Source of the DNA: Histomonas meleagridis 2922-C6/04-290x
Lineage: Eukaryota > Protista > Parabasalia
Length of the DNA stretch: 64,000 nt
Reading direction: 5' to 3'
Assembly (NCBI GenBank): GCA_020184695.1
Contig: JAANOX010000098.1
Coordinates: 283,491 to 347,490, forward strand
Shown here: positions 23,301-33,624 of the stretch, piece by piece
Numbering within the stretch: the first letter of the stretch is position 1
Layout of the letters: each line of letters begins with the position of its first letter
Translations under genes and position numbers: made by a program
Notes under the pieces: generated by a model
Told to the model about the DNA's origin: nothing
The model's database searches: none
What the model saw: only the letters and a program-made list of their open reading frames with translations

Positions 23301-23631
23301 GAAGGAAGGAGCTTTCTTGTGTTTGGTAAACTTCTCAGCAAATGCGGATGAAATAGATAAGTTTAAGTTAATGAAAGAGACAGCAAAGTTCGTATGCAAT
23401 TCGAAAGAATCAATTCAAACAATTTGCGTAAATTTTGCGAAAAAATATTTGAAGAAATTGACTGATGAAGAAATGAAAGTAGTTGCAAAGATATTTGTGG
23501 AAGAATATAATGACAAAAAGAGTTCGCATAAGGTAATCGAATTCGCAAATTGCGTTTACTCGGCGACAAAGGATAAGCCAAATATGGATATGCAAGTGCT
23601 GATGACTCTGCACAAGATGTTAAAGAAGTGA
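20395..23631 (+). CDS. TKL-group protein kinase with long helical/ARM-like C-terminus
   Basis: IGSGRSGRVFKG, VAIK, HRDLKSLNILL, DFGL, GTTQWMAPE, DVYSFGIVLWELLTGEIPY. Confidence 0.92.
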   Translation: MKFLNSFQKKTFSSSKLFKFIMSNAFLSHTAPVIERIEQLQKLEMSTSIHCSKANSLIRTFNLLPPFLSISPPNFKVNHKFIDAMNSIVSSIDHLIQLCIQCNRESCFQFILMTSLHEVFDQFLEIRQKVIADLRSIGFDSAADLFKLSPDELLSQDQVDLKLIGIFMMQMRSRNDVVRRPDIKEKINDRLKSIQRKGVKIETDETDLGGILTVPSLPPNLNLVLEHEQLVFGDSIGSGRSGRVFKGKISGSSQVVAIKVLHCRQLSPSELEMFCREIFTLSTLNHPSILKLLGYTNQPPFCLVTELLSNGSLFQFLKSHPDELTPTDRTAIAIDVARGMSYMHQRNIIHRDLKSLNILLDDNKRARICDFGLVRLKSYAPMTGLIGTTQWMAPEILMCSTSYDVAADVYSFGIVLWELLTGEIPYKDVTTGNLPYLVVQEGLRPTIPSGTPKDLENLITSCWSQDPKKRPPFSLIVKLFNNPKYHFPGTNADALWARIGGKKRKTPSASDPLKFFDNQKRLNQYEKNNLWIPVSQVDHVLMKFTEAIRTSNYLSIDRYLTDVRALGKSGLLTSTDFIPKVIELIRSTTDNQCQLKILKMLSELLINKVLFEQFINSDGLHLLYDLMRRGNKDIAEASLIICADHIQSEIISVDLIKALLVFNGATSEGTRLLALTSLFKVIDLKFDFLCSMPTFIYHLLLFSVKPLSIKVFEKLLTIVSRFLDHIKSFPEDVLSQLIWLQTNVPQELKSLAIECLTKSLKFHNAREQFPSYFWEKVVTSISDFNMYLPIYQSFVNYLPQKYHELLISLRVFAKEDINALNLLVEFSKNLRCAKFISTQLPIQNLHSPALLFQLYSNISKIEGVSLIIGQETEFYIVCKLVISSKFNSQACQLIRRVELSPVLLVDTGLLAQIVGLFNISNDTDEIFNLMSVMYTISLNRYFQLFSFVVPKMISLLYDSKESIDAVPSLKEGAFLCLVNFSANADEIDKFKLMKETAKFVCNSKESIQTICVNFAKKYLKKLTDEEMKVVAKIFVEEYNDKKSSHKVIEFANCVYSATKDKPNMDMQVLMTLHKMLKK

Positions 23632-24395
23632 TTTTCGTTGTTTTGTTATTATAGAATAAAGATTTTGTGTTTTAATTTTTTTATTGACTAAATGTTTTAT
23701 GAAGAAAAGGGAAAACATTTGCAGAAGAATGAAAAGTGAAAATTTTTTAAATAAAAAAATTATTCATAAATTGTGCTTTAAAGCAAACAAATTTAACCAT
23801 TTCGTTATTTAATACCTTTGTTTTGTGCAAACAAAGAAATTTTATTGTAATAAATAACTAATATTTATATTCCATATGAAGATAGCTTGTCATTAAGGGT
23901 AGTGCTGCAATAATTTCGAATAATCAGCTTGGTGGTTAAATGCCGATTGTTTTCACAAATTCAAATATCTCACTAAAAATCGAATATAGTTCATCAGAAA
24001 CATCTTTAAATATGATTATTTTTGATGTTCTTTCTAATTATAAAAAAATATTATTATTCATAAACCTTTTATTTCTAAAGGAAATTCGAGTGATTATTCC
24101 AATTTTTTATCTAATGAAACACATCAATACCATTATAATTGCTTTATTTGCACCACATTAATTTTGATTTGGGTTCTCATTCTCAATATAATTAATCAAT
24201 TGCACAAAAATAGAACATTCGAATGTTCGAAAAGTGGTCTTATATCTGGTCGGCCTCAAGGGCACCGACACTTTTTGTTTACCCAAAATTTAGAGGACTG
24301 CCCCAATAACTGCCGTCGATACGATAGGAGCTAACTCCAAGTTTTGTAAATCACTGAAAACACATCGCAAAATTTTAAATTATATTGCAATAAAG

Positions 24396-25352
24396 ATGTT
24401 TCTTTTCTTGTTCACTTTGTCACTTAGTGATACTATAAATATTGGTGATCAAAAATTTGGTTCATTACTAATTCATTCAAATGATCAAATACTTACAAAT
24501 TTCGAAGATGGACATGAATTATTTTTAATGTTTTCTGAAAATATGCAAAAACATATCAAGTTTACTATTGCAAAGAATGATTCACGTACTTATACACCAA
24601 ATATGATTGACAATGCTTATGCTTTTTCATTTATAGAAAATACATCAATAGAATTCATAAATTACAATAATTCTGTCTACCTCCAATACTGGGTTATTCC
24701 TTCTACCATCTGTCCCACCCATGCGCTTTTTTTCATGGCAGGTAAAGAGATCAAATACAAGTTTGATGCTAAAGATGATTCTTTTTTACTTTGTCTTTTC
24801 TCACCTTTAAGTAATCTCCATAAAGTCGAGCTTGAATTTGGTTTTACATCTGTTGAAGGCACTGCAATCTCTTCACTTTACACATCTCGTTCAACATCCA
24901 CTCCAACGCGTACGTGTCGCAAGCGAAAATGTGAAGCTGATGTCACCAGCTCATTTTTCATTGCTTATAATAAGAGTGGGTCAGGTGGAAGTCTTTATTT
25001 CGAGCGCGAGAATGATGACGATGACGAAGAAATTCGCGATGAATATTATTCTAAGTGTGAGCACTCGTTCTTTGCTCACGTTGGTTATGATGACGGAGTT
25101 TCCGTTCAAGCGCTCGAAGGCGAAGAAGCGAAATACAAATGCAAACAAGCGAAAAGTGACAAAGATAAAAAAGTTGATGAATACGAGCCAATAATATTTA
25201 TTGGGCTCTCAGTGATAATATTAGTTGCGGTAGTTGTGTTCTCTGTAATTATATTAAGAAAATGTATGTCAAGAAGAAAGAACTATAGTATGAAAATCGA
25301 TAATGAAGATGAAGACGATGACGAATACCAACAAGTGTTGATAAATCTTTAG
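24396..25352 (+). CDS. type I single-pass membrane/surface protein
   Basis: Signal peptide MFLFLFTLSLS; TM IIFIGLSVIILVAVVVFSVIIL followed by RK; acidic cytoplasmic tail. Confidence 0.75.
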   Translation: MFLFLFTLSLSDTINIGDQKFGSLLIHSNDQILTNFEDGHELFLMFSENMQKHIKFTIAKNDSRTYTPNMIDNAYAFSFIENTSIEFINYNNSVYLQYWVIPSTICPTHALFFMAGKEIKYKFDAKDDSFLLCLFSPLSNLHKVELEFGFTSVEGTAISSLYTSRSTSTPTRTCRKRKCEADVTSSFFIAYNKSGSGGSLYFERENDDDDEEIRDEYYSKCEHSFFAHVGYDDGVSVQALEGEEAKYKCKQAKSDKDKKVDEYEPIIFIGLSVIILVAVVVFSVIILRKCMSRRKNYSMKIDNEDEDDDEYQQVLINL

Positions 25353-25583
25353 CTGAGAAAACTTTTGATTTTAACTGTTTAATTTGATTTTAATTAAAAT
25401 TCAGATTTGTTTTTGTCATTGGCTCATGTTCATGTAATTTGAAATTGAATGATCTCATAGAAATTATTACGTGGTTTATATTGCTTTGAAAATAAAAAAT
25501 TTGATAACATGATTTAAAAAGTGACTGTTTAAACACAATTGCAATTCACCATATAGAAAATCGAAGTGAAAATTTAGTTAGAT

Positions 25584-26183
25584 TCAGCATTTGCAAGGAT
25601 TGTCTTGCTTAGTGTTTTCTTCTGGCTTGAAAGGTGACGTTTTTGGAACAGAAGATGACTGTATTTGACCAGTACTTACACGATTTGCAATTTCGTAAGC
25701 TAATCTTGTGAAAGATTCCATGACATTTTGACCTGATAAGGCAGATGTTTCCAAGTACTCAAGGTGGTGCTTTTCACCAAAATCTTTGGCTTGCTGAGTT
25801 CCAACTTCTCTTTTATCTTCAAGATCAACTTTATTTCCTACAAGAATAATGTAGGCATTTGGATTGCAAAGTTGCTGAAGGTCTTGAAGCCAATTTTCGA
25901 GATCATCAAATGAACTCTCGCTAGTGATATCGAATACTAGAACAGCACCAACAGCATTTCTAAAATATGCTTTGGAAACAGACCTGAATCTTTCCTGTCC
26001 AGCAGTGTCCCATATTTGAAGTTTAACTGGTTGATTATCCTGTGTTTGACATGTAAAAGATTTAAACTCAACACCAACTGTACTTTGTCCTTCTTCCCTA
26101 AATGTACCATCAACAAGTCTTTGAACAAGAGCTGATTTTCCAACACCTGATGCACCAACAACAACAATCTTGTAGCTAGACAT
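25584..26183 (-). CDS. Rab family small GTPase
   Basis: GASGVGKS, STVGVEF, WDTAGQERFRS, GNKVDL, ETSAL, C-terminal CKC prenylation motif. Confidence 0.95.
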   Translation of the reverse strand: MSSYKIVVVGASGVGKSALVQRLVDGTFREEGQSTVGVEFKSFTCQTQDNQPVKLQIWDTAGQERFRSVSKAYFRNAVGAVLVFDITSESSFDDLENWLQDLQQLCNPNAYIILVGNKVDLEDKREVGTQQAKDFGEKHHLEYLETSALSGQNVMESFTRLAYEIANRVSTGQIQSSSVPKTSPFKPEENTKQDNPCKC

Positions 26184-26582
26184 TTTGTCGTGTAAATAAT
26201 TGAATTATAGACACTTTTTGATCATTTAACGACCTACTAATTGGGCAGATAATAAAAATTTTAAGTTAAGAATTTCTCTGTATCTCATTTGTAAACTTGG
26301 TGGTTTTTTAAACACATTTTTGTGTTCAATTAACTTTAAGTTTGAGAGGGGAAAAAACCATTTTATTAAGCAATGATTACAATGCTTATTTTGCAAAACT
26401 TAAGTACATCAAAATATTTTCAAAAACAGTATTTTAGATGAGAGATTGTTGGAAAGAATTAAAAAAATAAAATTATTTCTGTCTTGGAAGACAAACAACT
26501 GTTTCATTCCGAACGGACTTTGTTAAAAAAAATCGTCATTTTACGGTTATAATACGAGCAACTCAAATATTACCAATATTAA

Positions 26583-28148
26583 TTGAATTTCGTCGATTGT
26601 GTTATGTTCATAAAAAAATTGCACATGTTTTCGATTTTACTAGCTATAACATATTCCATTGAATCGCTTGGAATTGATCAACTCCCTGAATTATTTGCAA
26701 GTGTTGATATAAGTATTGGAAAAGCAACAGTCGACTATCCTCTTGTGGATAATTTATACAAAAGTTTAAATAATCAAGATAAAGAACCAGATGTAATTCA
26801 AATTAATGCAAATAAAAAAAATTTATTCATGCCTAATAGCTTATTGCTTTCATACACAAATTCATGGGAACCAGGTGATACAATTGGTGTATTTATAAAA
26901 GGAAATATATCCAATGTTCCATTTACCACGACATCAAATAGTTTTTTTAATTCATCAAAAAAGTATAGATTTGTTTATGGTACATTATTAGATGTATATT
27001 GCTATTATCCATATAATTTAAAAGCAAATTTTTCGGAGTTGTTAGTTCAAGATACAAGCAATCAAAATTTGATGAATCAAAAAAAATTCGATTTTATGCA
27101 AGGACAAAAACTTTCCTGGATGGAACCGCCTGGATACCAGTATTGTAGCTTGGCACTTACGCATAAAATGACATTCTTAAATTTAAACATACATGGTAAT
27201 TCCATATTCAACACAAAATTTTCTTCAGTTCAATCAATTTTTATAAATGGAATAAAACATAATGGAACATTTGATATATTTAATGGAACAGCATACATTA
27301 ATAATGGAACGCTTCCGCTTGAAAATTGGAACATTACGAAACTTTGTAATTTTAACGATACCGAAACAATTGACTGCGAAATGGTATTATTTCCACAAAC
27401 ATTTGAAGAAGCAATTGAATTAATTATTATAGCATCTGAGAAAACTTATAATATAACACTTCCAATTGAGGAATTACAATCAGGTTATTCATATACATAT
27501 TACTATGATTTAAACCTTAGCACCAATACATTCACGCAGAGTAATACATTAACAAACAGTAATACGTTCGCACAAAGTAATACATTCACGCAGAGTAATA
27601 CATTTTCACGTAGTAATTCATTTAGTAAATCAAATACATATTTACAGAGTGATGCATATGGAAACATAACATATTCCATTACATTATCAGCATTTACAAT
27701 TGCAGAGACATTTATTATCGATAATTCATTTCTAACGAATTCGTATTCTTTAACATATATAAATTTAACATATATTTTTACGCAAATGGAATTTATTTAT
27801 TACGAATATACAATTATTCAATATACTATATATCATTCATATTATTTAAAATATTATTTTAATATCGAAACGAATGATGTCTCCAACCAAAATGATAATC
27901 AAACGACAGTTATTGTTGTTTCTGTTGTTTGTGTTATTATTGTCGTATTAATTATATTATTAATTATTGTTTTATTAATTCGTAAACGAAATTCCAAAGA
28001 AAACGAAACAAATTCCGAAAATGAACTTACAAAATCAGAAGAAACTGAAAATGCAAATAATTTCTCAGCAGGAATCAACATTCCGCATGTTGAAGAAGAT
28101 CCATTTGCTAAAGATTTCAAGGAAGATAACATCATTGATCACATTTAA
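26583..28148 (+). CDS. type I surface protein with S/T/N-rich hexapeptide repeats (likely start ATG 26625)
   Basis: MFSILLAITYS signal; NTFTQS-like repeats; TM TVIVVSVVCVIIVVLIILLIIVLLI-RKR; cytoplasmic tail with DPF motif. Confidence 0.75.
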   Translation: MNFVDCVMFIKKLHMFSILLAITYSIESLGIDQLPELFASVDISIGKATVDYPLVDNLYKSLNNQDKEPDVIQINANKKNLFMPNSLLLSYTNSWEPGDTIGVFIKGNISNVPFTTTSNSFFNSSKKYRFVYGTLLDVYCYYPYNLKANFSELLVQDTSNQNLMNQKKFDFMQGQKLSWMEPPGYQYCSLALTHKMTFLNLNIHGNSIFNTKFSSVQSIFINGIKHNGTFDIFNGTAYINNGTLPLENWNITKLCNFNDTETIDCEMVLFPQTFEEAIELIIIASEKTYNITLPIEELQSGYSYTYYYDLNLSTNTFTQSNTLTNSNTFAQSNTFTQSNTFSRSNSFSKSNTYLQSDAYGNITYSITLSAFTIAETFIIDNSFLTNSYSLTYINLTYIFTQMEFIYYEYTIIQYTIYHSYYLKYYFNIETNDVSNQNDNQTTVIVVSVVCVIIVVLIILLIIVLLIRKRNSKENETNSENELTKSEETENANNFSAGINIPHVEEDPFAKDFKEDNIIDHI

Positions 28149-28431
28149 TTAAATATTATATATATGTATATGTCATTTAGCGATGTTTCATGATGCTCAA
28201 TGTTTTTTATATGAGAAAACAAAGCATTTCATGGAAATATCTGTTTTTGGCGTTTACGTAATGATTTTGAATACATTTTCATATTTAGTAAATAAAATAT
28301 ATAAATTTGTGATTATATTTCAATAAAGAATTTCATTTGAAATTTTCATTTGGTTAAATTAAGATGAAAAAAAAATTGAAAAAAGTTTTCTTGAAATTTT
28401 TTTATAGAAACATTTACATTTTATCAATTAT

Positions 28432-31090
28432 TTATTCTTTTTCATGAAGTATTTCATATATTTTATCATCATAATTTTCTGCTGCATACATAATTGCTGT
28501 CCAAAATATGTGAAATAATTTCCAAATATTGTTTTAAAATCCAAAATAGTTTGAATAATTTTTAAACATTAAATATAGATATCTTTAATATTGATGTCTA
28601 TATCTTTATGTTCAAGAAGTAATTTAACTATTTTTGTCTGATTATTTTCAGTTGCAAAAATTAATGCTGTTTTAAATGTTGAAAACAATTTCCAAATTTT
28701 CTTTTGAAATATTAAAACATCTATTTAAATATGAAATAAAACGATTGAAAATCTTGTGAATTAATGTTAATTTTTTCATGTTCAAATAATAATTTAACTA
28801 TTTTTGTACGACCACAAAGTGACGCAAGCATAAGTGAAGTTCTAAATAAATGAAAGTATTTCCAAATATTATTTTGAAACATCAAATTAAGATTATAAAT
28901 TTTAAATATTATAAAAAAATTGATATAACATTAATATCAATTTCTTTATGCTGTAGAAGTAATTGAACAATTTCTACATAATCATTATATGATGCATACA
29001 TAAGTGCTGTCCAAATTATTTTGAATAATTTCCATGTATTAGTTTTTAACATCAAATAAGTAAAACTTATTTTAACTAAAATAAATATATATTTTTAGCA
29101 TTGATTACAATTCCTTCTTGTTCAAGAAGTAATTTAACTATTTCTGTATAACCATTTTCAGAAGCTAAAATAAATGCTGTGTAAAATGATTTAAATAATT
29201 TCCTAATATTATTATGAAATATCAAATTTTGAAAATATGTATCAAACAAAACAAACATATGTTTTTAGTATTTATATCAATTTCTTTATGTTCTAGAAGC
29301 AATTCAACGCTATCTAATTATCCTTTTTTGGATGCACATAGAAGTGCTGTATAAAATAATTTAAATTATTTCCATATATTATTAAAAAAATTCAAATTAT
29401 TAATACATATGTTGAATATCATGAATATATATTTTTAGCATTAATATTAATTTCTTTTAGTTCCAGAAGTAATTTAACAATACCAGTATGACCATTATCA
29501 GCTGCGCTCATAAGTGCTGAATAAAATATTTTGAATTATTTCCATATATTGCTTTAAAAAAATAATATCAAAAATTTAAAATAGATATCTTTAATATTGA
29601 TATCAATATTTCCATGTTCAATAAGTGGTTTCACTATTTCTGTATGTCCTTTTTGCGTTGCTAAAATAAGAGCAGTTGAAATTAATTTTATTAATTTCCA
29701 TATATTATCATAAAATTTTAAGTCATTAAAATAAATTTTAAATAAAACATATTAATAGTTTTAGCATTAATATCAATTTCTTTTTGTGAAAGAAGTAATT
29801 TTTCTATTTCAACATTTCCATGATAGCATGCAAACATAAGTGCAGTCCAAAATATTCAAAATTATTTCCAAATATTATTTTGAAATTTGAAACAATTAAG
29901 ATATATTCCTAATAAAGCAAAAAAACATTTTTTGAATTAATATGAATTCCCTTCTGCAAGAGAAGCATTTTAACTATTTCTAATTTACCTCTTATTGATG
30001 CATTTATAAGTGGTGTATTAAATGATTTAAATAATTTCCAAATGTTATTTTAAAATATAAAATTATTTAAGTAAGTATTAAATAAAGAAAACAATTATCA
30101 ATAGTATTAATATCAATTCCTTCTTGTTTAAGAAGTAACTTAATTATTTCCATATGATCATTACATGATGCATACATAAATGCTGTAAAATATCATTTAA
30201 TGAATTTCCAAATATTGTTTTGAAATATCGAATTAATAAAACAAATATTAAATATAATAAATAGGCATTTTTTGCATTGATATGAATTTTTCTTTGCGTA
30301 AGAAGTAATTTAACTACTTCTGTATGACCGCTTTTAGATGCTAGAATAAGTGCTGTATTAAATAAATAAAATAATTTCCATATATTATTTTGATGTATTA
30401 AACTACCAAATCATATATTAAATAAATCAAAAAAGTATCTTTAGTACTAATATCAATTCGTCTTTGACTTAGAAGTAATTTAACTATTTCTACATTACCA
30501 AATTCAGATGCAGCCATAAATGCAGTTTGAAATATCTTGAGCATTTTCCATATGTATTGTTGAAATACTAAAATGTTAAAATGAAATAACAGAAAGAAAA
30601 ATCTTTATCATTGACATGATTTCCGATTTGTTTAAGAAGTAATTTCACTATTTCTATGTAGTTATGTCTAGATGCTTTCATAAACGCAGTTTGAAATAAA
30701 TTAAATAATTTCCAAATATTATATTGAAATATCAAATTATTAAAGTAAATTTGAAACAAAGTAAATGAATTTCTTTGGCATTAACATCAATTCCTTTTTG
30801 CATAAGAAGTAATCGAACTAAATCTATGTAACCATTTACAGATGCTATAATAAGTGCTGTTTGAAATAGTTCGAATAATTCTTATTACTGAAATTAAAAT
30901 ATAAAATTTTCAAAACAAGTTTTCAATAAAATAAAAAAATATCTTTAGCATTAACATCAATTCCTTTTTGCAAAAGAAGTAATCGAACTATTTCTATATG
31001 GTCATATGCAGATGCACTTAAAAGCGCAGTATTAAATAATTTTATGAAATTTTAAAAATTATTTTAAAACATCAAACTACTCAAGGAAAT
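28432..31090 (-). repeat. ankyrin module + spacer array 3 (16 units, 170-nt period)
   Basis: Thr-position codons start at 31030, 30860, 30690, 30526, 30356, 30186, 30016, 29846, 29676, 29520, 29350, 29180, 29010, 28840, 28670, 28500. Thirteen of 15 intervals are exactly 170. Confidence 0.93.
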
Positions 31091-32233
31091 AACATTGATA
31101 TCACTTACATTTAGTTCTAAAATATATTTAACAATTTCGAAATTTCCTGAATTTATTGAATCTAATATAATATTTTTTGGAATTTTATGAAATTCCAAAA
31201 AATATTTTACAAGAAATATATTCCCAATTTTTACCGATTCATTAATAAAAGATGAGTCAGCTTTCATACATTTTCCTTCCAAAAATGTTAATATTTCATA
31301 GTTATGAAACAAAATGCATTTCTTTCCTAATTCCTTTAAATTGATTTTTTCCAATTTATTTTCATAAAGATATTTAAAGATATCATTTTTGTGGTATTTA
31401 ATTGCTGTTTCATATGCATCTACAAATGAAGAATGATTTTGCTCACATAAATGAATGATTTCTTCATTTCCACCTGCAATTGCATATTTACCTGTGTAAT
31501 TTACTCTTGCTCCATTCATAAGTAAATATTTAAAACATTTTACTGATCCAAAAAATGCTGCATAATCAATTAATGTAACATCTTCTTGATTAATAAATGA
31601 ACACCTTTCATAAAGTGATGGTTCAATTGTTTGATTAAAATCAAAATCACTTTGTGATGATATTTCTTGAAGTTTTTCAATTTCATCATTTCGAATTATT
31701 TTTACAATTTTATTTGGATTAACTCCATCTTCAATTAATTGCTTGTGAAGTTCCCAATCCTTCTTTGAAAGCTTTTCATAATTATCTAATATTTCTTCAT
31801 TCTGAATCATTTTTTTAATTTCTTTATCTGATAAATAATGAATAAAATATGGAATTTTTATATTTTTTATTATATTTGCTCCAATTAAATTTGCTTTAAT
31901 CATTTAATTAAGAAAATAATATGATTCTTGTGTTTCCTTCTTTAAAATAACTTGAGTAAATACATAAAATATGTTCCATTTAGATTTATTAACTTCTTCA
32001 TTTTTTTCTATTTCTTTGATGAAATTTAAACATATATCAGGATCATTTATTGAAGTAACAAATGTTAAATATATCATTTGGCTAATAATATAATCGAAAG
32101 AGTAATTGTAATTTTTATCAAATAACTTATTGATTGAAAGTGCTGACTCATGAATGTTATCATTATTTAGATTAATAATTATTTCCATTGCTAATTGAAG
32201 AGATTCCCTCTCATTTAAAATACTCATATTCAA
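28432..32233 (-). CDS. DUF3447-type/ankyrin-repeat gene 3, interrupted (16 ankyrin modules separated by spacers; in-frame TAA at 31906-31904 and 29320-29318)
   Basis: ORFs 31904-32233 and 31064-31903 are contiguous in one frame (LIDYAAFFGSVKCFKYLL). Sixteen modules follow; the last reads TAIMYAAENYDDKIYEILHEKE then TAA at 28434-28432. Confidence 0.6.
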
Positions 32234-32313
32234 ATAAATAATATATAAATGTGTTAAAATGCTTAAATTTAAGGATTTTGATTAAACGGTTTCTATTAAT
32301 GGCACTTTTGTAA

Positions 32314-33624
32314 ATGCGACCAGGATCAATCGAAGACAAAAGCGAAGATTCTGAGTCAGAGCAATCCGATATTGATTATGATGATCTCTTAGATTCAGAT
32401 GGAATTGAGATGCCAAATTTTGTAGTCCCTGAAACAGTTGAACAAGATGATGAAGAAATAGAATATTATGCAAGAAAACTCGGTATCAACGATGAAGTTG
32501 ATGAATGGGATGATCAGCTCAGAGCAGCTGGTTATGCAAAAATTCTTAAAGGTATCACATCTAGTCGAAGGAACATCAAAAAAGATCAACCAGTAAAAAT
32601 GGTTAAAGCCAAACGAACACAAGAAGAAGAAGAAGCTAGAAAAGATTTTACAGGACTTCTCAATCGAATTGCTCCATCGAATTACAATATATTTTCTTCT
32701 CGTATTCGTGAAGCTTTTGCCACACATCCACCAAAAGTATCAATTCCAATGTTTACACGTTGTTTAACGCAGAGAATATTTTCTGATGCTCAATTGCCAC
32801 CACTTTTCATTGATGTCTATTCACGAGTTCTCAAAGAAATTCCCGATGCAATTCAACCAGTTGTTGATGCTCTTAATGAGAAGCCAGACCTTATCAATGT
32901 TAAACCATTTTTAGATGCACTTGGTGATGATCTCGTCAAATTTTATGGAACCAACAAAAATGAAGTTCAAGTTGACGAAGAAGTAAAACAACTTGATACG
33001 ATTGCTCGTAAGATTCACATGACCACAGATGTACGTCGTTCAATATTTTATGCTATCACTACAGCTGTTGATTATCAAGATGCGTATACAAAAATAGCAA
33101 AATTGTCTCTTTCAAAGACCCAACGAAAAGACATACCATTTGTAATCATAGAGTGCTGTAGAAAGGAATCATCGTATAATCCTTTTTATGCACAACTCGT
33201 TTCATATTTCGCTGAGTCGGGAAATCACTTCAAAGAAAACTTTCGGGGTGCCCTGAAAAACTCGTTACAGCTAATGAACGGTTATTCGACATCACAAATT
33301 CGAAACTTAGCGTTACTTTGTGATGAAATCGTCGAAAAGGGTACTTTCGGATTTAATTTAGTAAAGGGAATTAAGATGATTTCCCTTGGCGCAGAGGCAC
33401 TTCTGTTCATGAAGATTTTGTTTAGAGAGATCTTCCAGAAGTTGGATCAAAAAACTATTGGAGATGAAATAAAAAAGATTTCGAAGATGCCAAACTTCGC
33501 TAAGGATTTAAGGATATTCTTCAAGAAGAGATTAATCCCATTCTTGAAAAATTCACCAACATTTCCTCCAGAAAGAATGGATTTACTGCATCAGGCAGCA
33601 GAGGAGCTTTCGATTGTTCAATAA
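32314..33624 (+). CDS. NOM1/Sgd1-like nucleolar MIF4G + MA3 domain protein
   Basis: FTGLLNRIAPSN (MIF4G start); TDVRRSIFYAITTAVDYQDAYTKIAKLSL...IIECCRKESSYNPFYAQL (MA3); acidic N-terminus. Confidence 0.75.
   Translation: MRPGSIEDKSEDSESEQSDIDYDDLLDSDGIEMPNFVVPETVEQDDEEIEYYARKLGINDEVDEWDDQLRAAGYAKILKGITSSRRNIKKDQPVKMVKAKRTQEEEEARKDFTGLLNRIAPSNYNIFSSRIREAFATHPPKVSIPMFTRCLTQRIFSDAQLPPLFIDVYSRVLKEIPDAIQPVVDALNEKPDLINVKPFLDALGDDLVKFYGTNKNEVQVDEEVKQLDTIARKIHMTTDVRRSIFYAITTAVDYQDAYTKIAKLSLSKTQRKDIPFVIIECCRKESSYNPFYAQLVSYFAESGNHFKENFRGALKNSLQLMNGYSTSQIRNLALLCDEIVEKGTFGFNLVKGIKMISLGAEALLFMKILFREIFQKLDQKTIGDEIKKISKMPNFAKDLRIFFKKRLIPFLKNSPTFPPERMDLLHQAAEELSIVQ

Noticed and set aside
28432-31090. Spacers as canonical GT-AG trichomonad introns
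   Set aside because: No GT at the module ends, no AG before the next module, and no RCTAAC...CAG motif. Occasional internal GT/AG (e.g. gtgagt near 5556) is not at consistent positions.
28432-31090. Spacers as U12 AT-AC introns
   Set aside because: Module ends often read ATAT(T/C)T and the next module begins AC, but joining AT...AC does not restore the frame and would destroy the conserved Thr. No TCCTTAAC branch site is seen.
5199-31090. Spacers as sequencing or assembly artefacts
   Set aside because: Each spacer has a distinct sequence yet a shared motif and length, across three loci on both strands. Long AT-rich ORFs nearby (VPS13) are error-free.
29318-31906. TAA/TAG reassignment to an amino acid
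   Set aside because: Conserved genes (H3, H4, eRF3, VPS26, VPS13) end in TAA and have no internal stops. Internal stops occur only in accessory genes, at positions where paralogs have different residues (K, L, H/Y), and readthrough would not fix the 71-nt frameshifts.
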